Origin: Macrostomum hystrix
Taxonomy: Eukaryota > Animalia > Platyhelminthes
NCBI GenBank assembly: GCA_950097015.1
Contig: CATNEN010000003.1
Coordinates: forward strand, 11,780,001 to 11,844,000
Length of the DNA: 64,000 nucleotides
Reading direction: 5' to 3'
This document shows, piece by piece, positions 52,701 through 62,859 of this stretch (position 1 is its first letter; each line of letters starts with the position of its first letter). Position numbers and translations under genes: made by a program. Below the pieces are notes generated by a model that searched no databases, was not told the origin of the DNA, and saw only the letters and a program-made list of their open reading frames with translations.

Positions 52701-54272
52701 TGCGGGCACCTCAGTGTAGAAGACAGACACTTTAGAAGACAGACACTTCAGAAGATAGACATCTCAGAAGACAGACAATTTAAAAGCTAAAACCCCAGTC
52801 CCCTTGTATATATTTCAGTGGACATTCACAACGGACCAAACAATGATCCAATCATCACACACGGTGGCACAATGACATCGCGGATCCGATTTGAAGACGT
52901 TGTCAAAACTATCAAACGATTCGCCTTCGTAACGTCAGAGTGAGTCAAATATCCTGACGCGGTGTCTGTCAAATCTGATTGAGTGATTTTTTATCTAATC
53001 TGATTGTAGATAAGATTTCTTCCTCCCCAGGCTCCGACGAGCCAATCATATCGGGCCAGTTTTAAGCCCGTGCTAGGTTAACCCAATCAAATCTCTTCTA
53101 CGAGCGTAGTTTTAGAAAACTTTCTTGGAAGAGCCAATCAGATCGCGTCTAGCTTTATGTCATTTTGTGGTCAAGCCAATTAGATCGCACGCATTGATAT
53201 TTTTCCCAAAAAGCTTCTCTACTACTCCTCATTTCAGGTATCCCCTAGTTTTATCTTTCGAGAATCACTGCGGTCTTGAGCAGCAGGACAAAATGGCTCA
53301 GATTTTGAGCACACATTTAAAAGGTTTGAAATAATTTCAATTATAAAGCTGGTGTCTTTTTTGAAGGTAGAACTTTTAACAGTCATGTTCTCCGTTCTTA
53401 AGAATATCTTTACGTTGACGAGAACGCGGATCAAATGGAACGACTGCCATCTCCTGAGGAGTTGAAGCGCAAGATTATCATCAAGGTGAAGTAGATTGTA
53501 CTTTAATATCAAAATTCGCTTGCGTTCTTTCAACCTTGGCATTGATCCATCAGTTCTATTTATTTATTTTCAGAACAAAAAGTCCCAACCAGAAGCAGCA
53601 ACCGTGACTTCGGACTTTGGACTTCGGACCGCTCCAGGGTCTGCCACTGCCGTCGCAGCTTTCTCAGTCGCAGCCTCCGCTGTCTCCGAAACAGCAGCTG
53701 AAGATGACAGCGACGATGAGAGCGACGTTGACCTGCCGCAGCAACAGCAGCAGCAGCAGCCAGTGACGTCAACAAACTCATCGCCACACCACGGAGGTCG
53801 TCACAGTGTCACCGAGACGACTTCTCTGCCGCCAAGTGTGGCAGCGGCCTCACTAACCCCCGCTGGTAGTGAAGATGATTTTTATGGAATTTCCGGCAGT
53901 GCAGAGGTAAATACGAGTACAGCAATGAAATTATGCAACTTATTTTTATTTGCTGTTTAGAAAACATTCACAAAAAACTGACAGTCATTTGGAATTCACA
54001 GCTTTCGACGTCAAACAACCAGCGAGGTAAATAATGAATTATCGTGCGACAAATTAATGAAATGGCTAAAGTGGACATACTTTGGAGTATTTCATTTTAG
54101 ACGCCGCAAATTAATTTATGCGGATGTAAAAAATGTTTTTGCTTAAAGATTTCACCGTTTACTTCGCGAGGAATTCGATTGTCACGCTGATAAAATCTAT
54201 ATACTCAGAAATGTATTTTATTCGAAATATTATAAAACAAATATAAATTATAGTTCAGTAAAATAAGAGCCA

Positions 54273-54333
<61 letters not shown>

Positions 54334-54334
54334 C

Positions 54335-54373
<39 letters not shown>

Positions 54374-57300
54374 CACAGACAGACAGACAGACAGACAGGC
54401 AGACAGACAGGCAGGCTGCATACTCCAACAGATCATCAGCCTGAATCACATCCGTAACCGTCATGCAGTCAGGTGACCAGGCGTCAGTGTCGGCTCCCAG
54501 GAGGCGATTCAGCAGCGACAAATCCGCCAGCTTTGGCAGTCCGTCGTTGGCTTCGGCTGCAGCATCGGTGGGCGGAGCCGCTGGCAAGAAGCGCAAGAAG
54601 CTGAAGGTGTCTCACTCGCTGTCCGATTTGGTTTCGATTTGTCGGCCGGTGAAGTTCAAAGGACAGAAATATGCCAGGGAGCATTGTGAGTAGTGCTCTG
54701 AACGCGTAGAAACTACATTACATATTACAAGCGTCTCATCACTCCTACAACAATTGTTTTACGAAAAATGTGTACCAAATTGCAATCTACATAGCACAAA
54801 TAGTTAAGTATTCATTTTTAAAAGTTTTCTTTCTCAAAAAAGAATGTTTCAGATTAATTTTTTTGTCTACACAAGCATAAAATTTTGTCAGGTATAAAAT
54901 GTGGCTAATCATATTATCTTATCTAAAGAAGGCAAACAGTGGCTGGTGCGGAAGCTTATTTAGTGCTTCTTTGTATCGCGAAGCTTGGTAAAACAAATCA
55001 GTTGTTTACATTGGTTACCTAGAGAACCGTGTACATAAAAAAATACGTTTCTTAAAAAAACGAAGCATAATTTAGTAGTATCATTAACAGTAGTACTACC
55101 GAGCCATTTTGCCGCCCGTTTTTATTCCAAGGATGCTAACAATGTTTGTGATGATTGGTTGACCGACTAGGCGATGGTGTCCTGTGGTTGAGCTGCGCCT
55201 AATATTTTGGCTTGATCAGTAAAATTTGAAAAATAGGCAGTTCCACCTGTTGTAGCCCTTGAAGGTTCAGCAGTCTGTCTAGATAAAGGTAGGTGACCAC
55301 CGAAGACGGAGATGATGCAGGCACATTCGGGTGACAATTGCTGATAAATTTTGAAGGCCTGGCAAGGCCGCACTGAGGCGCAGCTGATTCAGCCAGAACC
55401 ATTGAATATCTCGACGGTCTGAAGAGCTGGCGACTTGATTCTTGTTTGGCCCCCCATGTTATGAGTTTCGTGTGCTTGCGTTGCACCGTTGGGGTGCAGA
55501 AAAAATTGTCATGGGATAGAAATCCTCGCCCTTGGTAGTTCTACTGTTAATTATGTTAGAACGACACAAAACGACACAAATATTTTAAACGTGCAATTAA
55601 ATCACCGACTTAAATATTTTTTTCGATCAGATGTCTAAAACTCAAACCACTCAAGCCGCAGAGTTGCAAGCTCTTAAATGTAATCTACCAAAATTTGTTT
55701 TCACAGACAGGCCAGTCGAAATGTCCAGCCTTGTGGAGGGCAAAGTTGAGAAGAAATCATGGATGAAGAAGGACGGCGAAGATGCAAATAGGATGGTGCT
55801 GCACACCCAGTACCAGCTGGTGCGAGTGTACCCTTCTGGACTTCGCACCAACTCTAGCAATTATAATCCCATCAATGGATGGCGACTTGGCTGCCAGTTG
55901 GGTGAGTGACAGGGAGCTGGGATGCGAAGGGGTGGGAGAATGGGAGAGGAAGATGGGAGAGAATGGGAAAGGATGATGGGAGAGAATGGGAGAGGAAGAT
56001 GGGAGAGAATGGGAGAGGAAGATGGGAGAGAATGGGAGAGGAAGATGGGAGAGAATGGGAGAGGAAGATGGGAGAGAATGGGAGTGGAAGATGGGAGAGA
56101 ATGGGAGAGGAAGATGGAAGAGAATGGGAGAGGAAGATGGGAGAGAATGGGAGAGGAAGATGGTAGAGAATGGGAGAGAAAGATGGGAGAGAATGGGAGA
56201 GGAAGATGGGAGAGAATGGGAGAGGAAGATGGAAGAGAATGGGAGAGGAAGATGGGAGAGAATGGGAGAGGAAGATGGGAGAGAATGGGAGAGGAAGATG
56301 GGGGAGAATAGGAGAGGAAGATGGGAGAGAATGGGAGTGGAAGATGGGAGAGAATGGGAGAGGAAGATGGGAGAGAATGGGAGAGGAAGATGGGAGAGAA
56401 TGGGAGAGGAAGATGGGAGAGAATGGGAGAGGAAGATGGGAGAGAATGGGAGAGGAAGATGGGAGAGAATGGGAGAGGAAGATGGAAGAGAATGGGAGAG
56501 GAAGATGGGAGAGAATGGGAGAGGAAGATGGTAGAGAATGGGAGAGGAAGATGGGGGAGAATAGGAGAGGAAGATGGGAGAGAATGGGAGAGGAAGATGG
56601 GGGAGAATGGGAGAGGAAGATGGAAGAGAATGGGAGAGGAAGATGGGAGAGAATGGGAGAGGAAGATGGGAGAGAATGGGAGAGGAAGATGGGGGAGAAT
56701 GGGAGAGGAAGATGGGAGAGAATGGGAGAGGAAGATGGGGGAGAATAGGAGAGGAAGATGGGAGAGAATGGGAAAGGATGATGGGAGAGAATGGGAGAGG
56801 AAGATGGGAGAGAATGGGAGAGGAAGATGGGGGAGAATGGGAGAGGAAGATGGGAGAGAATGGGAAAGGATGATGGGAGAGAATGGGAGAGGAAGATGGG
56901 AGAGAATGGGAGAGGAAGATGGGAGAGAATGGGAGAGGAAGATGGGAGAGAATGGGAGAGGAAGATGGGAGAGAATGGGAAAGGATGATGGGAGAGAATG
57001 GGAGAGGAAGATGGGAGAGAATGGGAGAGAAAGATGGGAGAGAATGGGAGAGGAAGATGGGAGAGAATGGGAGAGGAAGATGGGAGAGAATGGGAGAGGA
57101 AGATGGGAGAGAATAGGAGAGGATGATGGGAGAGAATGGGAGAGGAAGATGGGATAGAATGGGAAAGGATGATGGGAGAGAATGGGAGAGGAAGATGGGA
57201 GAGAATGGGAGAGGAAGATGGGAGAGAATTGGAGAGTAAGATGGGAGAGAATGGGAGAGGAAGATGGGAGAGAATGGGAAAGGATGATGGGAGAGAATGG

Positions 57301-60300
57301 GAGAGGAAGATGGGAGAGAATGGGAGAGGAAGATGGGAGAGAATGGGAGAGGAAGATGGGAGAGAATGGGAGTGGAAGATGGGAGAGAATGGGAGAGGAA
57401 GATGGGAGAGAATGGGAGAGGAAGATGGGAGAGAATGGGAGAGGAAGATGGGAGAGAATGGGAGAGGAAGATGGGAGAGAATGGGAGAGGAAGATGGGAG
57501 AGAATGGGAGAGGAAGATGGGAGAGAATGGGAGAGGAAGATGGGAGAGAATGGGAGTGGAAGATGGGAGAGAATGGGAGAGGAAGATGGGAGAGAATGGG
57601 AGAGGAAGATGGGAGAGAATGGGAGAGGAAGATGGGAGAGAATGGGAGAGGAAGATGGGAGAGAATGGGAGAGGAAGATGGGATAGAATGGGAAAGGATG
57701 ATGGGAGAGAATGGGAGAGGAAGATGGGAGAGAATGGGAGAGGAAGATGGGAGAGAATGGGAGAGGAAGATGGGAGAGAATGGGAGAGGAAGATGGGAGA
57801 GAAGGGGAGAGGAAGATGGGAGAGAATGGGAGAGGAAGATGGGAGAGAATGGGAGAGGAAGATGGGAGAGAATGGGAGAGGAAGATGGGAGAGAATGGGA
57901 GAGGAAGATGGGAGAGAATGGGAGAGGAAGATGGGAGAGAATGGGAGAGGAAGATGGGAGAGAATGGGAAAGGATGATGGGAGAGAATGGGAGAGGAAGA
58001 TGGGAGAGAATGGGAGAGGAAGATGGGAGAGAATGGGAGAGGAAGATGGGGGAGAATAGGAGAGGAAGATGGGAGAGAATGGGAAAGGAAGATGGGAGAG
58101 AATGGGAGAGGAAGATGGGAGAGAATGGGAGACGAAGATGGGAGAGAATGGGAGAGGAAGATGGGAGAGAATGGGAGAGGAAGATGGGAGAGAATGGGAG
58201 ACGAAGATGGGAGAGAATGGGAGAGGAAGATGGGAGAGAATGGGAGAGGAAGATGGGAGAGGAGAGAATGGGAGAGGAAGATGGGAGAGAATGGGAGAGG
58301 AAGATGGTAGAGGAGAGAATAGGAGGTGGTTATTTCCTTAAAAAAGCATCTTCCTTGTCACCCGCACCTCAGTGGCCCTGAACTACCAGACTCGCTGTGA
58401 GAACATGGAACTGAACGATGGCCTGTTCCAGCTGAACGGCTCCTGCGGCTATGTTCCGAAACCGGCCATTCTCACTGACCCGGCAACCAAATTTAACCCA
58501 TTCAGCCCCCCATCCAATCTGGCCAGAAATCTCTGCCTAGAAATTGTTAGCGGCATCAACCTGCGACTGTCACCGGCTCAGCAAGAGCAGCAACAGCAGC
58601 AGCAGCAGCAACAGCAATGCTCAAATAGTTCTAGTCCGATGGAACGCGATCGTTCCATTGATTCTGCCGACGAAAAGACAACAACCGGCGCCTATGTGAA
58701 GGCCACAGTCTACGGTGTACCTGGCGATGAGAAGAAGGACAAGACTAGGAAGGCTGATCAAGGTGAGATTTAGTGCTGTGAATAGTATAGACATAGAAAT
58801 AATGTCACCAGTTTGGGCTTTGGGGCTGGGTTCGTGACACCTTGGATTTGAGTGGGTGACACCTTGGATTTGAGTGGGTGACACCTTGGATTTGAGTGAG
58901 TGACGCCACGGATTTGAGTGAGTGACACCACGGATTTGAGTGAGTGACGCCACGGATTTGAGTGAGTGACACCACGGATTTGAGTGGGTGACGCCTTGGA
59001 TTTGAGTGAGTGACGCCACGGATTTGAGTGAGTGACACCACGGATTTGAGTGAGTGACGCCACGGATTTGAGTGGGTGACACCTTGGATTTGAGTGAGTG
59101 ACGCCACGGATTTGAGTGGGTGACACCTTGGATTTGAGTGAGTGACGCCACGGATTTGAGTGGGTGACACCTTGGATTTGAGTGAGTGACGCCACGGATT
59201 TGAGTGGGTGACACCTTGGATTTGAGTGAGTGACGCCACGGATTTGAGTGGGTGACACCTTGGATTTGAGTGAGTGACGCCACGGATTTGAGTGAGTGAC
59301 GCCACGGATTTGAGTGGGTGACACCTTGGATTTGAGTGAGTGACGCCACGGATTTGAGTGGGTGACCCCATGGATTTGGAGTTGTTGACTCCATGGATTC
59401 GCACCTCAGATTTGAGAGATGACAGCATGGATTTGAGAGATGACAGCATGGATTTGAGAGATGACAGCATGGATTTTAGAGATGACAGCATGGATTTGAG
59501 AGAGCACAATCACAACCACTGATCTGCTCAATCGAGTTAAACTTTGAACTTTTTATTACTTTTGTTACTTAATATCCGCATCATACTACTGCAAAAGTAG
59601 CGCATTGAGAGTTTGATAACAACACGTCACTTTTTTCCTTTCCTCCATTTCTAAACCAGGCTTCAATCCCCGCTGGCAATACCGCTGCTTTGAGGACAAT
59701 CGCCTGGTTAAGGTGCCTGATTTGGCTCACCTGCGGCTGGAGGCCAAGGATAAGAACTCCGGCAAAACCATCGGACAGTTCACTGCGCCTTTGACTGCAT
59801 TTAACAGAGGTGCGACACTGCTTTCTGGCATCCAGTCTCACCCCCATCCAGTCTCACCCCACCCACTCTCACCTCATCCAGTCTCACCCCATTTAGTCTC
59901 ACCCCGTCCAGTCTCACCCCATCCAGTCTCACTCCATCCAGTCTCACTCCATCCAGTCTCACTCCATCCAGTCTCACCCCATCCAGTCTCACTCCATCCA
60001 GTCTCACTCCATCCAGTCTCACCCCTTCCACTCTCACCCCATCCACTCTCACCCCATCCAGTCTCACCCCATCCAGTCTCACTCCATCCAGTCTCACCCC
60101 ATCCAGTCTCACCCCGTCCAGTCTCACTCCATCCAGTCTCACTCCATCCAGTCTCACTCACCCCTTCCACTCACCCCATCCACTCTCACCCCATCCAGTC
60201 TCACCCCATCTAGTCTCACCCCATCCAGTCTCACCCCATCCACTCTCACCCCATCCAGTCTCACCCCATCCAGTCTCACTCCATCCAGTCTCACTCCATC

Positions 60301-60972
60301 CAGCCTCACTCCATCCAGTCTCACTCCATCCAGTCTCACTCCATCCAGTCTCACTCACCCCTTCCACTCACCCCATCCACTCTCACCCCATCCAGTCTCA
60401 CCCCATCCACTCTCACCCCATCCACTCTCACCCCATCCAGTCTCACCCCATCCAGTCTCACCCCATCCACTCTCACCCCATCCACTCTCACCCCATCCAC
60501 TCTCACCCCATCCACTCTCACCCCATCCACTCTCACCCCATCCACTCTCACCCCATCCAGTCTCACCCCATCCAGTCTCACCCCATCCACTCTCACCCCA
60601 TCCAGTCTAACCCTACCCTCTCTTACCCCATCCGGTCTTATTCTATCCTCTCTCACAATATCCCGTCTCACCCCATCTTGTTTATCTATCATATATTTTT
60701 CTTTCTAGTCAAATCCCCACAGCAAGCCATGCAGTCAATCATTTCGATCCGAATAACACTTGCATATGTAAAATATGGGACCTAGAAAACATTGTGCCAG
60801 TCATCAACAGTGTGACCTTATGAGGCAGTCGTGTCTTAGGTCTGTTTTTTTCGAATAATGAGTCATCGACTTTGACATTTCAGGTTATCTGCGAATCAAC
60901 CTGAAAGATGCCAAAGATTTGCCGACTGCATCGGAGCTGTGGATTAAAATCAAACTGAAATGCTTGCCCTGA
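46790..60972 (+). CDS. Phosphoinositide-specific phospholipase C, delta-like architecture (PH-EF-X-Y-C2), ~978 aa, with a putative N-terminal TM helix
   Basis: Phase-consistent exons: 46790-46982, 49359-49598, 50019-50080, 50821-51120, 51602-51699, 52298-52677, 52819-52939, 53238-53323, 53403-53485, 53574-53906, ~54469-54685 (acceptor uncertain), 55707-55901, 58373-58762, 59660-59809, 60884-60972 (TGA). X box [46 protein letters not shown] box [32 protein letters not shown]2 GFNPRW, GYLRINL. The catalytic His/Asn/Glu/Asp/Arg residues are intact. Confidence 0.92.
46991..47715. repeat. 20-bp minisatellite ATGTTAGACAGTGTTTTGAC
   Basis: Tandem array starting within ~10-20 nt of the donor at 46983. 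Confidence 0.97.
48381..48540 (-). mobile_element. SINE family B, 3' fragment
   Basis: Matches 34513-34650 and 31500-31600. Confidence 0.75.
48545..49320. repeat. 27-28-bp purine-rich minisatellite GAGGATGCAGGGTGAAGATGAGGGA
   Basis: Tandem array ending ~40 nt before the acceptor. Confidence 0.95.
49655..49977 (+). mobile_element. SINE family A, full length, with a 12-bp TSD
   Basis: Head GAGGTTGTAGCCTTGTGG...GGTTCGATTCC, central CCTTCAGCAAGACACTTAACTC...CAGTTCACCCAGCTGTTAAATGGG, and TSD TTATTCTACTGT (49643-49654 / 49978-49989). Confidence 0.9.
50098..50790. repeat. 14-bp G-run minisatellite GGGAATTGGGAAAT
   Basis: Near-perfect array occupying almost the whole intron 50081-50820. Confidence 0.98.
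51128..51250. repeat. 12-bp repeat GGGAAGAGGGTG
   Basis: Directly after the donor at 51121. Confidence 0.9.
51815..52250 (+). promoter_or_regulatory. Degenerate tandem repeat carrying clustered TCF/LEF-type sites (AGATCAAAGG) with adjacent RCCGCCA motifs
   Basis: ATCAAAGG-containing sites at 51819, 51991, 52086, 52103 and 52229, plus a variant at 52135. GCCGCCA at 51830 and ACCGCCA at 52002. Function is inferred. Confidence 0.4.
54272..54415. repeat. (GACA)n microsatellite
   Basis: Direct reading. Confidence 0.97.
55088..55546. mobile_element. Non-autonomous TTAA-targeting (piggyBac-like) element
   Basis: TIRs CAGTAGTACTACCGAG / CTTGGTAGTTCTACTG (14/16 match), flanked by TTAA at 55084-55087 and 55547-55550. 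Confidence 0.75.
55933..58322. repeat. 23-bp purine-rich minisatellite GGGAGAGAATGGGAGAGGAAGAT (~2.4 kb)
   Basis: Fills the PLC intron 55902-58372 and explains the [12 protein letters not shown] ORFs. Confidence 0.98.
58835..59505. repeat. 22-bp alternating minisatellite (GGATTTGAGTGAGTGACGCCAC / GGATTTGAGTGGGTGACACCTT) followed by a 21-bp variant array
   Basis: Direct reading. Confidence 0.95.
59828..60680. repeat. 15-bp minisatellite CATCCAGTCTCACCC
   Basis: Starts ~18 nt after the donor at 59810. Confidence 0.97.
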
Positions 60973-61184
60973 CACATGCTTCTGCCCACTTCATTGTTGT
61001 TCTTTATTTTAATGTTGCTGCTTTGTGGGCGTGTCTGTGGTTTTACTGGTTACCTTTTTACTTTACTGTTCGAGCTGCAAGAACACCGTTGGCATATTGT
61101 GCTTGCAGATTATTTTGTAGAAAAGATAATTTTCACGCAAATTTGTTATTTAAAGCAAATTTGTAGATTTCAATTATTTATATA

Positions 61185-62820
61185 TAGCATTTTGCAGTCA
61201 AGTTTGAACTGCGGGCATTCAAATTAGACAAGAAGGGAAGAGCCAAATTTCAGAATCCGTCCCCAAGTCAAGCAGAACTTTATGTCTGTGGCACAAACTG
61301 AAACACACTGACGGGCACTCAATTTAGACAACGGGCATTCAAATTAGACAAGCAGCGAAAAGTCTATGTGTGCCAGAGAGAAAGACCATGGACAATCCGA
61401 TTCGTCGCTATGCAAGAATTTCCAGAGAGAAGCGTGACCTCATTATTGGGGCATGCCAACGTGGTGACTCTGTGGCTGAAATTGCCAAGATGTTGGATGT
61501 CAAGAGATCATCAGTGTACAACATCTGGAACAAGTTTGTTCAGGATGGCCAGCGATACGCGCTACCAAGGGGAGGAGCCAGGCACCGTCGAATGAATCCT
61601 GCAATGAAGGACCATCTGGCCGCCTTGTTGAATGCCAACCCTCTGATGACACTCGGGCAAATGCGGGAATCGCTTCTGTCTGAGTTTCCCGCAATACCAA
61701 CGATTGACATTTCAACAGTCTCTCGAGCACTGGATGGACAACTTTTTTCGATGAAAATCCTGTCAAGAGATGGCGATGTACCTGAAGCGAGAAATTCGCA
61801 TGAGGTCAAGCAAAGACGCGTTGAATTCGCCAACTGGCTCGTGGATTTGTCGGTCACGACTTGCCTGGTCCATTTAGATGAGACCGGCTACTGCCTCTGG
61901 ACCCGGCGAACCAAGGGAAGGAGTCCGCGTGGAGCCAGGGTGAGACGGACTGTGCATACGCAGAGAAGTCCATCACTGAACATGATCATGGCCACGTCGC
62001 CGGCATTGAACCTCGTTCACTACAGACTGGATTCCGGTAGCACCACACGTGAGAGAGTCCAGGAATTTGTGACCAACCTATGTGAAAAGATTGCAGAGAA
62101 TCTGGAAGAGAACCATTCGTGCGTCATCGTGCTGGATGGTGCCCGCTTTCACCACGGATTGCAAATCCCGGAGGAGTGGGTTGGTCGAATTGAACTGAAG
62201 ATCTTACCACCTTACTCTCCTTTCCTGAACCCAGTTGAACTGGCTCACAGTGCCTTTAAATCAGCAGTCAAGAGGCAGCTGTCCAATCCTGAAGTTCAGA
62301 GAGAATTGGCTGTTCCGCCTCCTGACATGACTGCCGTTCAATGGAGACTGATGGTGCTGCAGAGGTGCGGGGAAATCGCGATGGATGACGTGACTCCACT
62401 GATCGCGATGGATGAAGTGCGTTCACTGGTATCAGCACACGCTCCGCTTCATCCCACGCTGTCTGGCAAATGAAGACATCGTTTGAATTCTCTATCAGAT
62501 GAGACTCTTGTGAGACTCTTGTTCATTGATGTGCTGAGCACCCTGTTTTGTTTGTTCACACATGCTTACTCTGTTATAACTTGTTCTTATCTTCATAGTT
62601 CAGGGTTCACAGAATGGTTGTCTGACAACAGACGCAACACGATCTTGAATTGCCCAGCCAATGCGCCTGAGAACTTGTCTAATTTGAATGCCCCTTGTCT
62701 AAATTGAGTGCCCACCAGTGTGATTTTGTCTAGGCCATAGATAGCATTTGCGCCAGCAGTGAGATCTGGTCAAGCGTCTAATTTGAATGCCCGCAGTTCA
62801 AACTTGACTGCAAAATGCTA
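61185..62820 (+). mobile_element. Full-length IS630/Tc1-mariner superfamily DNA transposon (IS630-like eukaryotic group) with IR-DR ends
   Basis: ~44-bp perfect TIRs TAGCATTTTGCAGTCAAGTTTGAACTGCGGGCATTCAAATTAGAC, a TA TSD, inner repeats GGGCA(C/T)TCAA(A/T)TTAGACAA at ~61313-61352 and inverted at ~62674-62713, and a transposase ORF inside. Confidence 0.93.
61388..62473 (+). CDS. DDE transposase (HTH + DDE_3), C-terminus frameshifted
   Basis: HTH SVAEIAKMLDVKRSSVYNIW; catalytic HLDETG, VLDGARFH, PPYSPFLNPVE. The family-typical tail KCVHWYQHTLRFIPRCLANEDIV* lies in another frame and ends at 62486. Confidence 0.9.
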   Translation: MDNPIRRYARISREKRDLIIGACQRGDSVAEIAKMLDVKRSSVYNIWNKFVQDGQRYALPRGGARHRRMNPAMKDHLAALLNANPLMTLGQMRESLLSEFPAIPTIDISTVSRALDGQLFSMKILSRDGDVPEARNSHEVKQRRVEFANWLVDLSVTTCLVHLDETGYCLWTRRTKGRSPRGARVRRTVHTQRSPSLNMIMATSPALNLVHYRLDSGSTTRERVQEFVTNLCEKIAENLEENHSCVIVLDGARFHHGLQIPEEWVGRIELKILPPYSPFLNPVELAHSAFKSAVKRQLSNPEVQRELAVPPPDMTAVQWRLMVLQRCGEIAMDDVTPLIAMDEVRSLVSAHAPLHPTLSGK

Positions 62821-62859
62821 TATTTGCACTGCTTTTTTAGGGTAGTTATTAATTATAAG

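Noticed and set aside
55906-58381. Long ORFs of up to 399 aa ([12 protein letters not shown]...), and similar ORFs at 8937-9599, 14672-15461, 19210-19708, 41584-42156, 48516-49377, 50046-50944, 58621-60692, 62849-63939
   Set aside because: They are stop-poor translations of tandem repeats, open in several frames and mostly inside introns with good splice sites.
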